A stretch of DNA of 64,000 bases. Source: Lophium mytilinum (Eukaryota). The stretch spans positions 496,001 through 560,000 of the forward strand of contig MU004200.1 in assembly GCA_010093605.1 (NCBI GenBank), given 5' to 3'. The stretch's first letter is position 1, and the number at the start of each line of letters is the position of its first letter. Position numbers and translations under genes: made by a program. Shown in pieces: positions 1-13,061 of this stretch. The notes under the pieces are model-generated. The model was not told where the DNA came from and ran no database searches. It saw nothing but the letters and a program-made list of their open reading frames with translations.

Positions 1-311
1 GGCTGAGCAAGAGGCAGACTCGGGATAGCTATTTTGGTGTGGACATTATTGAACACCTTCGTCGCATCCTCCTGCCATCTGTCCCCGGCTTCCTCCCCGG
101 CTTCACGGTGACCTAGAAGCCGCTGCACACGCGAGCGCCATGCACCATCATGGCGACGGCTGCTATTTTTGACGCTGCAAGGCCCGGTGCCGCCAGAGGA
201 TGCTTGCCAGGCACGCTGCATTCATTCGCACTGCTAATCCACACCTCCTTGCCCGTGACTCCGCCAGCTTCCGTCCCGTCTCTCCCGAGAGCAGCCCCGT
301 GGCCCTCTCCT

Positions 312-747
312 TTACAGCTTGCTCGCGAGGCCAACCACGGGGCTCAACCACTTCAGCGCCGGCGGTTTGGCCAGTAGACCTTCCGCCTGCAGAGACTTCC
401 CGAACCCTTTGAAGTGGGGCGTGGCCATGTGCGTCTTTACCACCGACTGGCTCGCATATCTACCCAGCCGTCAGCAAAGCCCATCCAGGCACCGTGGCGG
501 CAAAGGGCTGCCTTTAAGCTGTGCAACTTACTTCTCAACAAATACGACTTCTCCAGCCTCCTCGGTCCAGAACAGGTCGTACTGCAGAATTCCGTCCTCG
601 CCCTGGACCTCTTTGACTAACTGCTTGAGCAGCTCCACCACCTAGAAACCGTCAGTCACAAGTCCAGCCCTAGCACGAGGAACTCACGCGGTCTTTCTTT
701 CCCGGTGCCGGGGTGAGGATTGCCACAACATTAACCTGTTCCGACAT
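312..747 (-). CDS. Antibiotic biosynthesis monooxygenase (ABM/Dabb)-domain protein, 105 aa, C-terminal PTS1 (SKL)
   Basis: Manual splice: exons 747-688, 641-532, 459-312 with GT-AG introns. Protein MSEQVNVVAILTPAPGKKDR|VVELLKQLVKEVQGEDGILQYDLFWTEEAGEVVFVEK|YASQSVVKTHMATPHFKGF...VVGLASKL*. Matches the ABM pattern (PGK..., EPG/EDG.L.Y, F.E.Y, H...PHF). Not in the ORF track. Confidence 0.85.
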
Positions 748-2219
748 GATCGATTTCGTTGGCTGACTTGTAGATTTGGGGTCCGGATGGGTTCTGCAGT
801 TACTAGCTTGACAAAGTTGTAGACAGGTCACTCCTCTCAACAGTAGCAGCTTGCTAGATTTTTACAGTTCGGAAAGGTGAGATTTCAATGGTTCTTCGAC
901 TCTGCTTCAATTTAGGTATTACTTATATGTCGATATCGTGGCCTCTAGCGTCACTATATCTATTAGAAATCACGCTTCCCCTCATTCTGTACCTCGGCAC
1001 CTGGAGCCTTGCAAGAAAATACTCATTGCGGGACCGACAAACATCTTCCTTTTTTGGAAGAACAAGTAGAGATCAATTGAGTCCATCCTGGACGGGCCGC
1101 ACAGAGCGTGAAAACGTTGGCATTACTATTTGGGTTAAGCCGTAGTGGTTATGTACGCGCGAATGCCACTGCTCAGGGTGCTTCAATACCTTCTCGAAAA
1201 TCCGAACAAGATATAAGCTCTTCATGATGGGCTATATGGAAATTCGTTGGAGCATTCCCAGCAGTGACAGATAGGTGGGATTGGTTTATTTCTTGTGCTT
1301 GGTTTACGATGAAAGCATGCTGATACGTGCTGCGCTCTAGCCGAGAGGGATATATTTGAAGTAGGTATGATCCTCTTTTGAGACGTGACGCACGAAACAA
1401 GCCATCGTGGAAGCGCCGAGTATCAAAATTTAGCTCTTAGACACTGGAGCTGGTGGTAGTTGCACATAGTAGAAGCTTGACATTCAAGATGGCATTCGAA
1501 CTTTGAGTCTAACGAGAAGCACCCGACGATTACCTTCTACTCGCGGAGGCTCTATCGGCGCAATGGCTAAATGCTATGAAGTTATGTCAACGATGATTGA
1601 AGGATTGATCTGGAGAGTCCTACTTTTGTAAGTACTTCTCATTCGTGGAAGATTTCTATAAGCGCGACATCATACAAACAGTTCCGCAAAAATCCCACGA
1701 CCATACCATTGCAGCATGCAATCACCGCTTAGGAGTCCTCGTTAATGCTGACAGGGGCATCCAGGAATCCACTCCCATGCTCAAACGCCGGTTTCGCTTC
1801 TCACGTGATGTTCGCTTGGCCCCTTTGGGCGAAATCCAAGACGTTCCGTGCACCACCAGAGCCGCAACATCCATGCTGGGTCAATGCCTGCGTAGAGCCG
1901 AACCTTGGCTGAGGTAGACGCCTTCGAATGTAGAAGATGAATATGACGCGAAACACGGCCAGGAGACGTGATCTTGACCGACGTGGCTCTTCGGTCGAAC
2001 AGAATAAAGAGGAAGTGTGTGCCGCCTCTTAGAGAACTTCCTGTATCATCCAGTCTTTTCATTCAATAGAGCAAGTCTCCTTCGTTAAATTCCGCCCAAT
2101 ACAATCGTTCTTTCGCAGCTGGACTGTCTTTCTTCTCTGTGCATAAATTGCCCATCTTATTCCTTTTTGCCTAAAATCCAGTGCATTAAAAGACGTTCAT
2201 TCCTCATACCTCCTCCAAC

Positions 2220-2844
2220 ATGCGTTTCTCTTCGACCCTACTCCTTATTGGCCTGACGACTTCCGTCTTCGCCGCGCCTCTCGATAATGCGTATCACAAG
2301 CGTGCTGCCGTCTTAACGACACGCGCGTACGCCGACTTTCAGATCTCTGACGGTGTCGCTGGAAACGCGCTCGCAGAAGGTGAGTGCCGCACATACATCT
2401 AATTCCCGACATAAGCTAACTCTCCTACCAGTCCAAGCAAAGTTCCCAGTCAGTAATTCCGCTCAACATGAAAGTATCTTACAACCACCATACTAACAAG
2501 CAGCGCTATCTCAGATCGACGAGACCGACCTCGCCAACGTCGATCCTGCCGATGTTTCGATCATCTCTGACGCGCGAACGACTGCCGAATCCGCCGAAAC
2601 CGACGCTTTCAACCCCGCTATAGCTGCTGCAAGCGGAGCGGCTGCGACTGCGCTGCAGAATGGGAAGATCAAGAATAAGGTGTTGAAGCTGAAGCTTGAG
2701 GTGCTGCAGTTGCAGATTGAGCAGGCGCAAGGAAGTGACAATGCGGCCAAGATCACGACAGAGACTACGAAGTTGAATACGAATATTGCGCTAGATAAGA
2801 AGGCTGCGGGACAGGCGAGCCAGAGTGTGGCGTTTACTGGATAG
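2220..2844 (+). CDS. Small secreted Ala-rich protein, 168 aa (conserved-looking fungal secreted family)
   Basis: Signal peptide MRFSSTLLLIGLTTSVFA, then a KR site. Exons 2220-2379, 2432-2448, 2515-2844 join in frame: YADFQISDGVAGNALAE-VQAKFP-IDETDLA...AESAETDAFNPAIAAASG...LQNGKIKNKVLKL...SQSVAFTG*. Confidence 0.85.
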
Positions 2845-3175
2845 AGGTGATGCGATGAGGTTCGATGAGCGAAGGCGAACCATGGAGCTGTGATGAGAAT
2901 CCGAACATTCTGTATGGTAATGATCCGTCGCTTTCACAGAAATAGAATCAAAGAGGACGTGGACATACCTATGGAGTCAGATGCAAACATTTTGGAGATG
3001 CTCGCAAGTATGTTAGAGTATCGACTGAATTCAAGGCTTTCGAGTGCTCAAAATCAACCTACATACTTAGGATATTCAAATTTGAGGAACAGGAAAGGCC
3101 TGTAATCATCGCAATTTGTGTTACACATTGGGAGCTGGATTTCACTGCCTACTCGACTTGGGCTGTCGTTAACTG

Positions 3176-3239
3176 CATAGGCGTTCCTGTCATATGCCAG
3201 CAAGGCTCATAGGTGTTCCCGTCATATGCTAGCAAGGCT
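3176..3239. repeat. 32-bp tandem duplication
   Basis: cataggcgttcctgtcatatgccagcaaggct / cataggtgttcccgtcatatgctagcaaggct; 3 differences, all C/T transitions. Confidence 0.9.
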
Positions 3240-3550
3240 GAATGAAGGGTGAGTATGCTCGTTGGCCTTGTTTCACTTCCCTGTTAATCATCTAGTCCCA
3301 TTTCCACCCGTCCCATCCGTCTCGTCCCCCCGGTCCCGTCGCCCCCGTCCCATCCCTCCCGTCTCGTCCCATCCCATTTGCCCTGGTCCCCGCATGCGCC
3401 ACCGACACGATGCCACCTATAGTAGGTAAGACACGTCGCTCTCTTTGCACTCCTACAAAGCGTCAGGCGCGATGCAGCCTGGACGAATCTCGAGGCAATA
3501 GCGTCGACCTTAACTGCGGATGATTTGCAGACGGTGTCAAGGTACGTTAG

Positions 3551-3684
3551 CGCACGCCAGGCCCGCAACACCACCCACGACGCCGTTCTTTTGCTCCACA
3601 CGTCGTTAGCCTTCCGCACGCCAGGCCCGCGACGCCACCCACTACACCTTTCTTGTGCTGCACACGTCGCTAGCCCTCCGCACG
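3551..3684. repeat. 64-bp imperfect tandem duplication
   Basis: cgcacg recurs at 3551, 3615 and 3679; the two full units share cgcacgccaggcccgc...ccaccca...cacacgtcg.tagcc. Confidence 0.85.
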
Positions 3685-4094
3685 TTCCCCAGGACAGCTG
3701 TGACTATTTTATCCCGTGGGTCATCCCAGCCGGAACCCTACCTCGGACGTGCAGTGTGGCGCCTGGGAGCTGCATGCCATTGTCGCTCCAGCTATATCCT
3801 GCACCTACTAAAGAGTTAAATTGCCAGTTTGTGTCCCAGCTCTTCTTTTCGAAGCGCTTTTTCTTTCTTCTTGTCCTCAGTCGCCGTACAGCAGGATTGC
3901 TAGGGCAGCCACTTAGAGCACGGAGGCTACATCAGTACTTGTGGTTGGTCACTTTACCCACCACGGTACATCTTAAGTTTTTCGTCAGCCTTTCAGATTC
4001 AAGAACGTCAATCACCTGTCACAGTCGAACATTTTGCTCAGTACCTTAGATTGGCCACGTTCTTGCCGAGCCATCGCAGCGACATTCTTCTTGA

Positions 4095-4453
4095 ATGTCG
4101 CCAATACCAAAGCGGTCGGTGTCTGTGGACAACACTATCAACATTATATTTGGCATCCTCGCATTGATGATATCTCTCATCTCTGTTGCGGTCGGAATTG
4201 CTACCTATCAGCTCCATCGAGAGCGGCATCATTCTTCCGGTAAGTAGATATCATCAAGCAAGGCGGGCGACAGGTTAAGGTACTAATGAGCCTGTTAGAT
4301 GTGGAGAATCATGCGCTTTACGATCTCGAACTCCGGATTGGGAGACGCAGCGTCGACCAACAAACGGGAACAGGGGAGCAAAGTTCGGATAACATTGAAC
4401 GGACTGGTCGACCATCAACGATTTCGTCTAGCTGTTCTGCTGTAGAGCTATAG
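4095..4453 (+). CDS. Small single-pass membrane protein, 99 aa, hypothetical
   Basis: Exons 4095-4239 and 4299-4453; intron gtaagt...tactaat...ttag; 300 nt in frame. Protein MSPIPKRSVSVDNTINIIFGILALMISLISVAVGIATYQLHRERHHSS|DVENHALYDLELRIG...AVEL*. Not in the ORF track. Confidence 0.6.
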
Positions 4454-4837
4454 GAAGGCCTGGTGAGGGAGGGATAGACTTGACATTGCTTCCGGCACCT
4501 TGATTGATATAATGGACGGCGAAAAGAGTGATAGCCCTGTCGAGTATAGAAAAATAAGGAATGCGAGATATGAGAGTCAGTATCTCGATTGATGTTCATA
4601 GAGATACCTCAGTAGCCTTATTTATTATTAGCGCGTGTTGGCTGCTTAGACTTACGGAGAAATCTAGACGAATCCTATTCGGGGCTAAGATGCTAAACCC
4701 GGTGCAGATCGCATGCTAGCGCCCGAGCTGAACGTCGTGCATCAACTGCATCACCACTCAAACACAGCCTCGCCTCTGCTTTCTGCAGCCCAGGGCTACC
4801 TACACTTCCCAACTTTAAGCTTTTCAGCGACCATTTC

Positions 4838-5885
4838 ATGATGCATTCCTCAACACTCATCGCCCCCATCCTCCTCCTAACCTCCGTCTCCGCCCTCCCC
4901 TCCCCCGCCACCCTCACCCCCTCATCAAAACCACTCCCCCTCATCATCTGGCATGGCCTGGGCGACAACTACGCGGCCGACGGCCTAGCCGCCGTCGCCG
5001 ACCTAGCCACCGAAACAAACCCAGGCACCTTCGTCTACCAAATCCGCCTGGACGGAGACGCAGGCAGCGACCGCACAGCAACCTTCTTCGGCAACACAAC
5101 CGACCAGATCGCGCAAGTATGCGCCGACCTCGCATCCCACCCTATCCTCTCCTCCGCGCCCGCCGTCAACGCCCTCGGCTTCTCCCAGGGCGGCCAGTTC
5201 CTGCGCGGCTTCATCGAGCGCTGCAACGTCCCGCCGGTGCGGAACCTCGTCACGTTCGGCAGCCAGCACAATGGGATCGCGGAGTTCCAAGCGTGCGGGG
5301 CGACGGACTGGCTGTGTAAAGGCGCGATGGCGTTGCTACGGACGAACACGTGGTCGGGCTACGTGCAGTCGCATCTCGTGCCGGCGCAATACTACCGCTC
5401 CTGCAATACGAGTACGGGGAAGCCGACGGAGGAGTACTTGGAGCACTCGAATTTCTTGGCGGACATCAACAACGAGCGCGCGGAGAAGAACGAGACGTAC
5501 GCGAAGAACCTGGCGAGCTTGGAGAAGTTTGTCATGTATCTGTTTGGTAAGAGGAAAGTTGGCAGGTTTGCTGGGCTGGACTAACGCGCTGGCAGAGGAC
5601 GATACGACTGTTATTCCGAAATCTTCTGGGTGGTTCGCGCAGGTCACGAACCTTACGTCGGGGGTTGTGGAGCCGCTACGGAATCGCACGATATATAAGG
5701 AAGATTGGATTGGGTTGAAGAAGCTGGATGAGAAGGGAGGATTGGTCTTCAAGGAGACTGAAGGTGGGCACATGCAATTGACTGATGAGGTGTTGACTGA
5801 TGTGTTCAAGACCTATTATGGTCCAGTCCACGGAAAGTGGGAGGACTTGACGGTCCAGGAAGAGGGAGGCCAGATCGAGCTGTGA
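4838..5885 (+). CDS. PPT1: Palmitoyl-protein thioesterase 1-like (alpha/beta hydrolase)
   Basis: Signal peptide, IWHGLGD, nucleophile elbow GFSQGG, SNFLADINNE, YKEDWIGLK, GGHM. Intron 5547-5595. Confidence 0.93.
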
Positions 5886-6079
5886 TTGTGAAACAGACAT
5901 ATTGGATTGGTTATGAATTGGAGTCAGGGGCATTGCATCAATCTTCAGTACAGCGCGGCACGGAATGTATAGTCAGTGTATGTGAGGATCGAAGCAGAAT
6001 GAACAGCATTTCTATCTCACAGTTGCCGTGATATCGTACCAATAACGCCATTTCCCGACAAACCCAGCCATGGAGCACA

Positions 6080-7457
6080 CTATGCGGGCACAGCTTGCCG
6101 CTTTTTCGACTTTTTCTTCTCGATCACCTCCGGCGTTTTGATCGGCGGTGCTTCGATCGCTTTCAAGGCCTCCTTCTTTTGCTCCTTGAGCTTCCGCTTC
6201 CGTGACGCGGTGTCTTTGGCTAGGTCATCTGCGACGGGCTGGTCCGATTCCGGCTTCTTGGCCTTCTTCGGCTTTTTCGGCTTCCTCTCTGGTATAAGGG
6301 CCTTCTCATCATCGTCAAGCATTTCGTCCTCCCATTCTTCCCACTTCCGCTTCTTCTTGCTGGGACCCTCTTCCCTGACAAACGCCTTCGGCTTCCACTT
6401 CTCTTCCAACACATCTTCATCCTCGACCCACAGCTCTTCCGCCAGCCAGATCGGTAGAGCCATTGTGTTGGGACCCTTGATATGCAAACTCCGTACATTC
6501 CGCCACCCCTTCGAGACGAACTTCGCCGTCAACCCTTCAACAACTGCCTCAATGTTCTCGGAGATGTCTTTGGGAGCCATGTCCGCCGTGGCCACTCGAA
6601 TAGCTGTGGTTACGCTTGGGCTGATGTGAACGAGTGCAGCGTTCAAAGCCGTCTCAATTTCCTTTGCAACCGCCTGCGGTGTTCCAACTGCCGTGTCGCC
6701 CTTTTTGACACCGGTTTTGACCTTCTTCCCATCTTCACCCTTTTGAGTCTTCAAGCCAGCCGTCAAGGTCACAGGAACTGGTCGCTTGGCAGGCGTACCG
6801 TAGAACACTTTCCCTAACGTAGAAGCCAAAAATGTCACTATCCTCTCATCGGCAAGAAAGACGTCGTATTCGGCGAAGAGTTGTCTCCGGGATTCGTAGC
6901 TCTTGTACTTGGCTTTCAATTTCTGGAGCAAGAAGTGTCAGCGTAGCTCCTGAGCTGAGCATGGGAAGTATCTAAGTCAATACATACAGTAATACCAATG
7001 ACTCGAGAGATTCGGGAAGAGATGGAGGCTGGGAAAGTCGGTTCAGCGATGAGATCCTTGAAAGCGCGCTGAGGGTCCGCCGTGATCAAACACACTCTCG
7101 CATCAGGAGAGCCGAATGGGTGGGGTAGAGCGATCTTCGAGGGCTTCAGGCGCTTTTGATCTTGTATGAATTTCTTCGTGCCTAGGATAAGCCAGACGGG
7201 GACCTTTTCTTGTGTTTCGTCGTCGCTATCGCCTGTGGCTAGAAGGTCCTTTTTCTCAGATGCGGTCTCGAGGCGCTTTTGCTCTTTCTGAATGTGGCTG
7301 ACTAGGGCTTGAGCTGCTTTGAGGGTCTGTGAATTTTTTGTTAGCTGGCAGTCTCTGCGCGCGGTTTCGGAAACGATGGGATTCGCACCTGGTTGGGATC
7401 GAGCTGGTATGGTGTCCCCTGCTGGACCTTGGTCGTCAGAGCAATTTCTTTAGCCAT
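6080..7457 (-). CDS. CIC1: Ribosomal protein L1-domain ribosome biogenesis factor (Cic1/Utp30/RSL1D1-like)
   Basis: Spliced: ...KRLKPSKIALPHP...VCLITADPQRAFKD...KLKAKYKSYESRRQLFAEYDVFLADERI...GWRNVRSLHIKGPNTMALPIW, plus a Lys-rich tail. Two introns. Confidence 0.88.
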
Positions 7458-8028
7458 GGTTGCGACTCAATGCGGGCGATCGAGAGGGGAGTGTAACTTT
7501 TGGTAAGGCGCAAAAAGTTGCAAAAGAATCGTTCGGGCCGACGGTTTATCCGAAAGTGGGTCGTATCTGCCAGGTTTGGACCCCGCGGCTAGCTTCCTCC
7601 GCAATACAGCTCTTTGGCTGTGCATCTCGTCCAAAATACGACTCCTTATGTCGAGCTCTCACCAATGTCGGAAAAAACCATTAACCAGGCTACTCGGAGG
7701 CTGGTAACTTTTTCTTTTCTCGCTCCTTGAAGATCAGCTCGATGGTTTACATTGCGCTGCTTGCTCCACTCACCATGTGCAGCTAGTCTGGTTGCTGTTG
7801 GCCTCACCCCGCCAATATTCAATATAATCTTGGAAGGGTGGATATCGTTCCTGACCGACTCGCCACAGCCCTATTCCAGACGACAATTCATGCGAAGTGA
7901 GACAGAAGCTGAGCTGTGTCTTCAGTCATCCAACGCTCGGGTTATACGAATTATCTGTTTCATCTGATCTGGTTGAAGCAGGCCCAGATCCTGGCAGCGA
8001 TCACCTCGGCCTGGACTTTTTAAGCCAT

Positions 8029-9189
8029 CGCGTACCGCGTCGCATTCTTCGAGACCTGACTTGCCCAAGACACGATCTGATCTTCAACCCAAAATGCTGC
8101 CCTGACGCGCGACAACGCGGCTCTGAAGCTCCAATTGCAGCTGTAGAAGAATACGGCGGCATGGTTACCTGCATGCAGGTGTCCACGCGATGTCCATGTC
8201 ATGTCACTCTTCGCCGCAAGCTGACCCGCGCGCACCACCAATTTGAAACCCACTCCCCGCTCAGGTCACTGTCACGGTTTGAAGACGCGTCAAAGTCGCC
8301 CTTCTCTACATCCATCGCGCCGTCGCAGGCGCCGCTGGGCAGCGATCCCCACCTGAGAAAAAGTTGCATGTGGGGTCGACGTGCAGTCCTGCAGCCCACG
8401 CGGACGCTCAAGATGACGGTGGAAAAGAGCGGTCTACCGGGGAGCGAAAATCTTGATTTAAGAGGAGTCGTTCATGCAGAGATTGAAGCCAGAGATGCAG
8501 CCATGGCCGACCAGAGTCCTTGCTTGTGCCCTAACAGGCTAAAAATGGAGCTGCTGGACCCCGCAAGGCATAGCCTGATGCGGCGAGCATCACAGGCCCA
8601 AGCTGGAGGCGTGCTGCGCGAAACGCACACGCTGAATGGCGTTGGGGCCTTCGCGTCGGCGCTGGCGGCCGAGCATCGACATCCGACGGGCAGGTGGGAG
8701 AGGCAATAGTGTGTCAGACTGTGCAAGTTATGCAGACGCAATGTCAACGTCAATAGGGTGAATGTCTTGTTGCTCGAGGGCCAAGTTGGAACTGTGAATC
8801 TGATATTGGACTCTGAGATTGGACTCTGCAGAGCGCCAACGCAGTAACTCCAGCAAATGATTGTAGTAAAACCAGGCATGTAATTTGCTGCATCGGCGAG
8901 AAATGCCCGCCTCTGCTCGGTACATGCATGGGTCGTCGTGGGATCCTACCTAGTCCGAGCTTCATAGGGTAGCGCGTCGTGAATCCACACCCGCGAAACC
9001 ACTCCCAGCCTCCACCACCGGCCGCCTCGACGTGACCTCCTCTTCTTCAATTGACTTCATGGCCTCCAGACTCTGACCTTCCCAGATCCACACTCGTTCT
9101 CTGCCTCTTCCTCCACCACCACTGCTTCCCGTCCTCGCTGTCCGAGTCGCCAGACACCTTCCTGCCATCACGCCGCATCCCAGTCGCGT
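8029..9189. promoter_or_regulatory. Cluster of MCB/SCB-like elements (ACGCG/CGCGT, CGCGAAA) upstream of TOS4
   Basis: Sites at 8029, 8036, 8105, 8115, 8185, 8285 (ACGCGT), 8398, 8652, 8973, 9185; CGCGAAA at 8617 and 8992. Confidence 0.5.
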
Positions 9190-9209
9190 CTCTACGCCTT
9201 CTCGACTCC

Positions 9210-10848
9210 ATGGACTCCTCTTCTAGGCAAGAGGCTAATCGATTGATGTCTTCAGCATCTCCACAGCAGCCAGGGCTCTCGCGGCAGCCGTCTCTGCTCC
9301 CCGCGTTCGAACCGTTGTCCTCGTCACCGTTTCCGCGTCCGCAATCCTCAAAACGCAAGTATGAGGAAGATTCTCCCTCCCACCCACGAGCAGAGCTCAA
9401 GTACTACCCGACGCCTGTGCCCACGTCCTCTACGGGCATTCTGCCCTCGTCGCCAACGCGTAGTGTGCGTCCGGGTCTCCAGCGTACCATGTCGACTCTC
9501 TCGGAACGTGTTCCCCTCGGAGCTGTTCCCTCTGTAGACCTCCCCCTCAACGGCGAGCCCGTGCGGATGGGACGATCCTCGAATTCTTCGGACTACCAGC
9601 TATCTTCAAATCGCGCCATTTCACGCGTCCACGTTCAAGCCGCCTACCACGCATCCGACGCGTCTTATCCGAAGGGCTATGTCGAGGTACAATGCTTGGG
9701 ATGGAATGGTGCCAAGGTCCATTGCCGGGGACAAGTCTACGCACTGAACAAGGGGCAATCGTTCGTGTCGAATAATCCCGAGGCGGATATCATGGTGGAT
9801 GTTCAAGACACTCGCGTGCTGATCATATGGCCTCCCGCTGGGCGGAGCCTGTCATTCGACTCGCAACCAGACTCGGATTCAGCATGGATCGAAGAATCTC
9901 CCAGCCGCCGTCATATCGCCGATCATATTGCCTCCAGTCCTCCCGTCATTCCTCGGTCGCCTACTTCACAGAGCCCAATCCACCAGCCGAACTTTACCGA
10001 ATCTTCAACGTTCCTGGCAGTCGATGATGATATCGTTCCACAAGCCGGACCCATCCAGGTTTTCGAAGACGAAGATGTGGCGGTGGACAACGGAGTTGCT
10101 GCTGCCGTCGCAGCTTCTCTAGCTGACTCCCCATCGCGGCCTGCACTTTCGAGAACGGTTTCTGCAAACGAGTCCAAGAACTCGCTACTGAGCAATGGAT
10201 CCTCGGAGGACCTGTCAGACGAAGATGAAGAGAATGATCCGGTAGTGCACTCTTTTGGGCCTTTCGGAGAGAACCTACTGCCCCGGATGGCGTCCATGAC
10301 TGCCTCAAGCAGCAACACAACACCGACTCAGCGTCGCCGCCGCCCTCTTGCTACCTCTAGATCTCCACAGCAACATCCTGGCTCCGAGTCGCGGAGGATG
10401 AATGAGTCGCCCATTAAGAACCACGTAATCAACCAATTGGCCTTCTCCCGCCTTCATTCAATCCCCCTCTCCACCATCTTCGGCAACCTACCCAAGGAGC
10501 TAAAGCTCAGCGCCCCAACGAGCAGGGCCGCCACAGCTGCTGAATCCTCAGACCTCACTTGTCCAGAGCTTAAGAAGATACTGGACAATACTCCATGTGT
10601 AGGGGAGATCAACCGGGAGGGTAAGGATGCTGCTGGAAAGCCCCTTGAAAACGAGTTCTACTACGTGCCCGAGATGGATGCTGATCAAATGCGGCGAGAC
10701 GCCGTGGTGGGCGGCATTGGCGGATCTGGTCTTCGATCAGTCCGTAAATCGCACAAGGTACGTTCTATCGCGCCATAATGCGCACTCTACGACTGGCGCA
10801 GAAACTAACATCTCCCAGCAATACTACTGGAAACGTCCGCGACACTAG
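9210..10848 (+). CDS. TOS4: FHA-domain G1/S transcription regulator (Tos4/Plm2-like)
   Basis: YPTPVPTSSTGILPSSP; FHA core GRSSNSSDYQL..NRAISRVH...GWNG; DEENDP; C-terminal NHVINQLAFSRL...GKDAAGKPLENEFYY...LRSVRKSHK|QYYWKRP. Intron ~10758-10818. Start chosen at the first ATG. Confidence 0.88.
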
Positions 10849-11939
10849 CAGTGTTCATAGGTGCTTGACGAGAAGACACCCTTGTCCCCCGTCGTTACCT
10901 TTTCGTGCCTTCTAAGTCCTTCTGACGACATCACGATGCCGCCGACTCGACCTAGTCCCTTTACCAATGCTCCACCCCAGCACTCGAAATGAATGCTCCG
11001 CAACCCGTGGAGTTTCGACACCTCTACCATCATACTCCTTTGTTCTCTTGAGACTTTCTGTTTGTCTAGTGGCGACAGCAGCATAGCGCGGCGTTTGCGT
11101 GATCTTTTACTACCGTTCATGTCCATACCCTTTTTGTCCTTTTGACACCCCATTATACCACGCCTACCCTTCTGCTCTCTCTTTGCTTTTTTTCTCCTTG
11201 CTAGGAAACCCCCTCTGCATTTCTGGGCGTTTGGGATCTATCTGTGGCCTCTGGGCCTTTTGTGCACTGGCTTTTGCGGTGCTGCACTACGATTCCGTCC
11301 CTCCACCTACCTATGTGTCTGTTAAAGCTAGCTTGAGCGGCTTTTGTTCGAATGATGAGTGTGAGCTTTCGTGTTGGTGTTGAGTGGTGGACGAGATATG
11401 AAGATTTTGACTGTCTGGGCTGCAGGCGGCGGTGGTTTTTTGAGTAGAACAAAATCTGGGGCTGGTTGGTGTAGGTAGTGAGATGAAAGAGAATACTACT
11501 TTTTAAGTGTTAAGCTGGTGTTATGCATGTGACCTGAAGTGAATCTGGTCAAGATAACGAAAGGTGAGGGGTGAAGATTTCGCAGAATCCGGCGATGCAT
11601 GACGCAATCACCAAAAAGACGCCAAGTCACGTGATGCAGAATTCATGGTGTTTCAGACGGAAAGGGTCTTTCGAGGTGGTATGATTCGTTCGTTTGACAT
11701 GACTGTTCCTCGCTAGCAGGCAGCGATTGGAATCACCGATCACTGCTCATTCAATCGGGGGCCTGCCGAATCGTAGAGGTTCTCAAACGTTAAGGAACAT
11801 GTTCACATTGCTTGAATGAAGATTGATGGAACCAGAAGCCTAGTGTGAAAACTCCATGATTGAATGACCATATGGCTTCTCTAGTCCGTATTCCATCCCT
11901 CCCGCAACTCGGCTCCCACCTCCTCTCTAGGCGTATCAT

Positions 11940-12676
<737 letters not shown>

Positions 12677-13061
12677 GGCTGCGGATTTTGTCGAGATATT
12701 CGTGGAGGGGAAGCAATTCGATGAGGTGAGGTTGAAACGAATTTGGCTGTGGGCCTTGGCGAGGCGCTTGGATCAGCAGCTGCCCATGCGTCGCCCTTTC
12801 CACTCTCTTCGCTTCGTCGACCATCACTCCATGCAATAAATTACAACATATTTTCTAAGAGGCGTTTTGAAAGGTTAGCAGGGCCTGCAACATGCTTTGA
12901 GTAGCTTCTCTATAGCGAGAGTTCTGATTCTTCTAGATTGAGCACTTTATGCTACCACGGACAGTTCGTGAGAACAACTCTCCTGTTCATCCATCTCAGA
13001 GGCTTGTCTTCATGGAAGACCGGTATTTGCATCACGAAGACTGTATAGACCAACTTCCACT

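Noticed and set aside
7897..8709. 270-aa ORF between CIC1 and TOS4
   Set aside because: Non-ATG start, no recognisable motifs, lies in a GC-rich divergent promoter.
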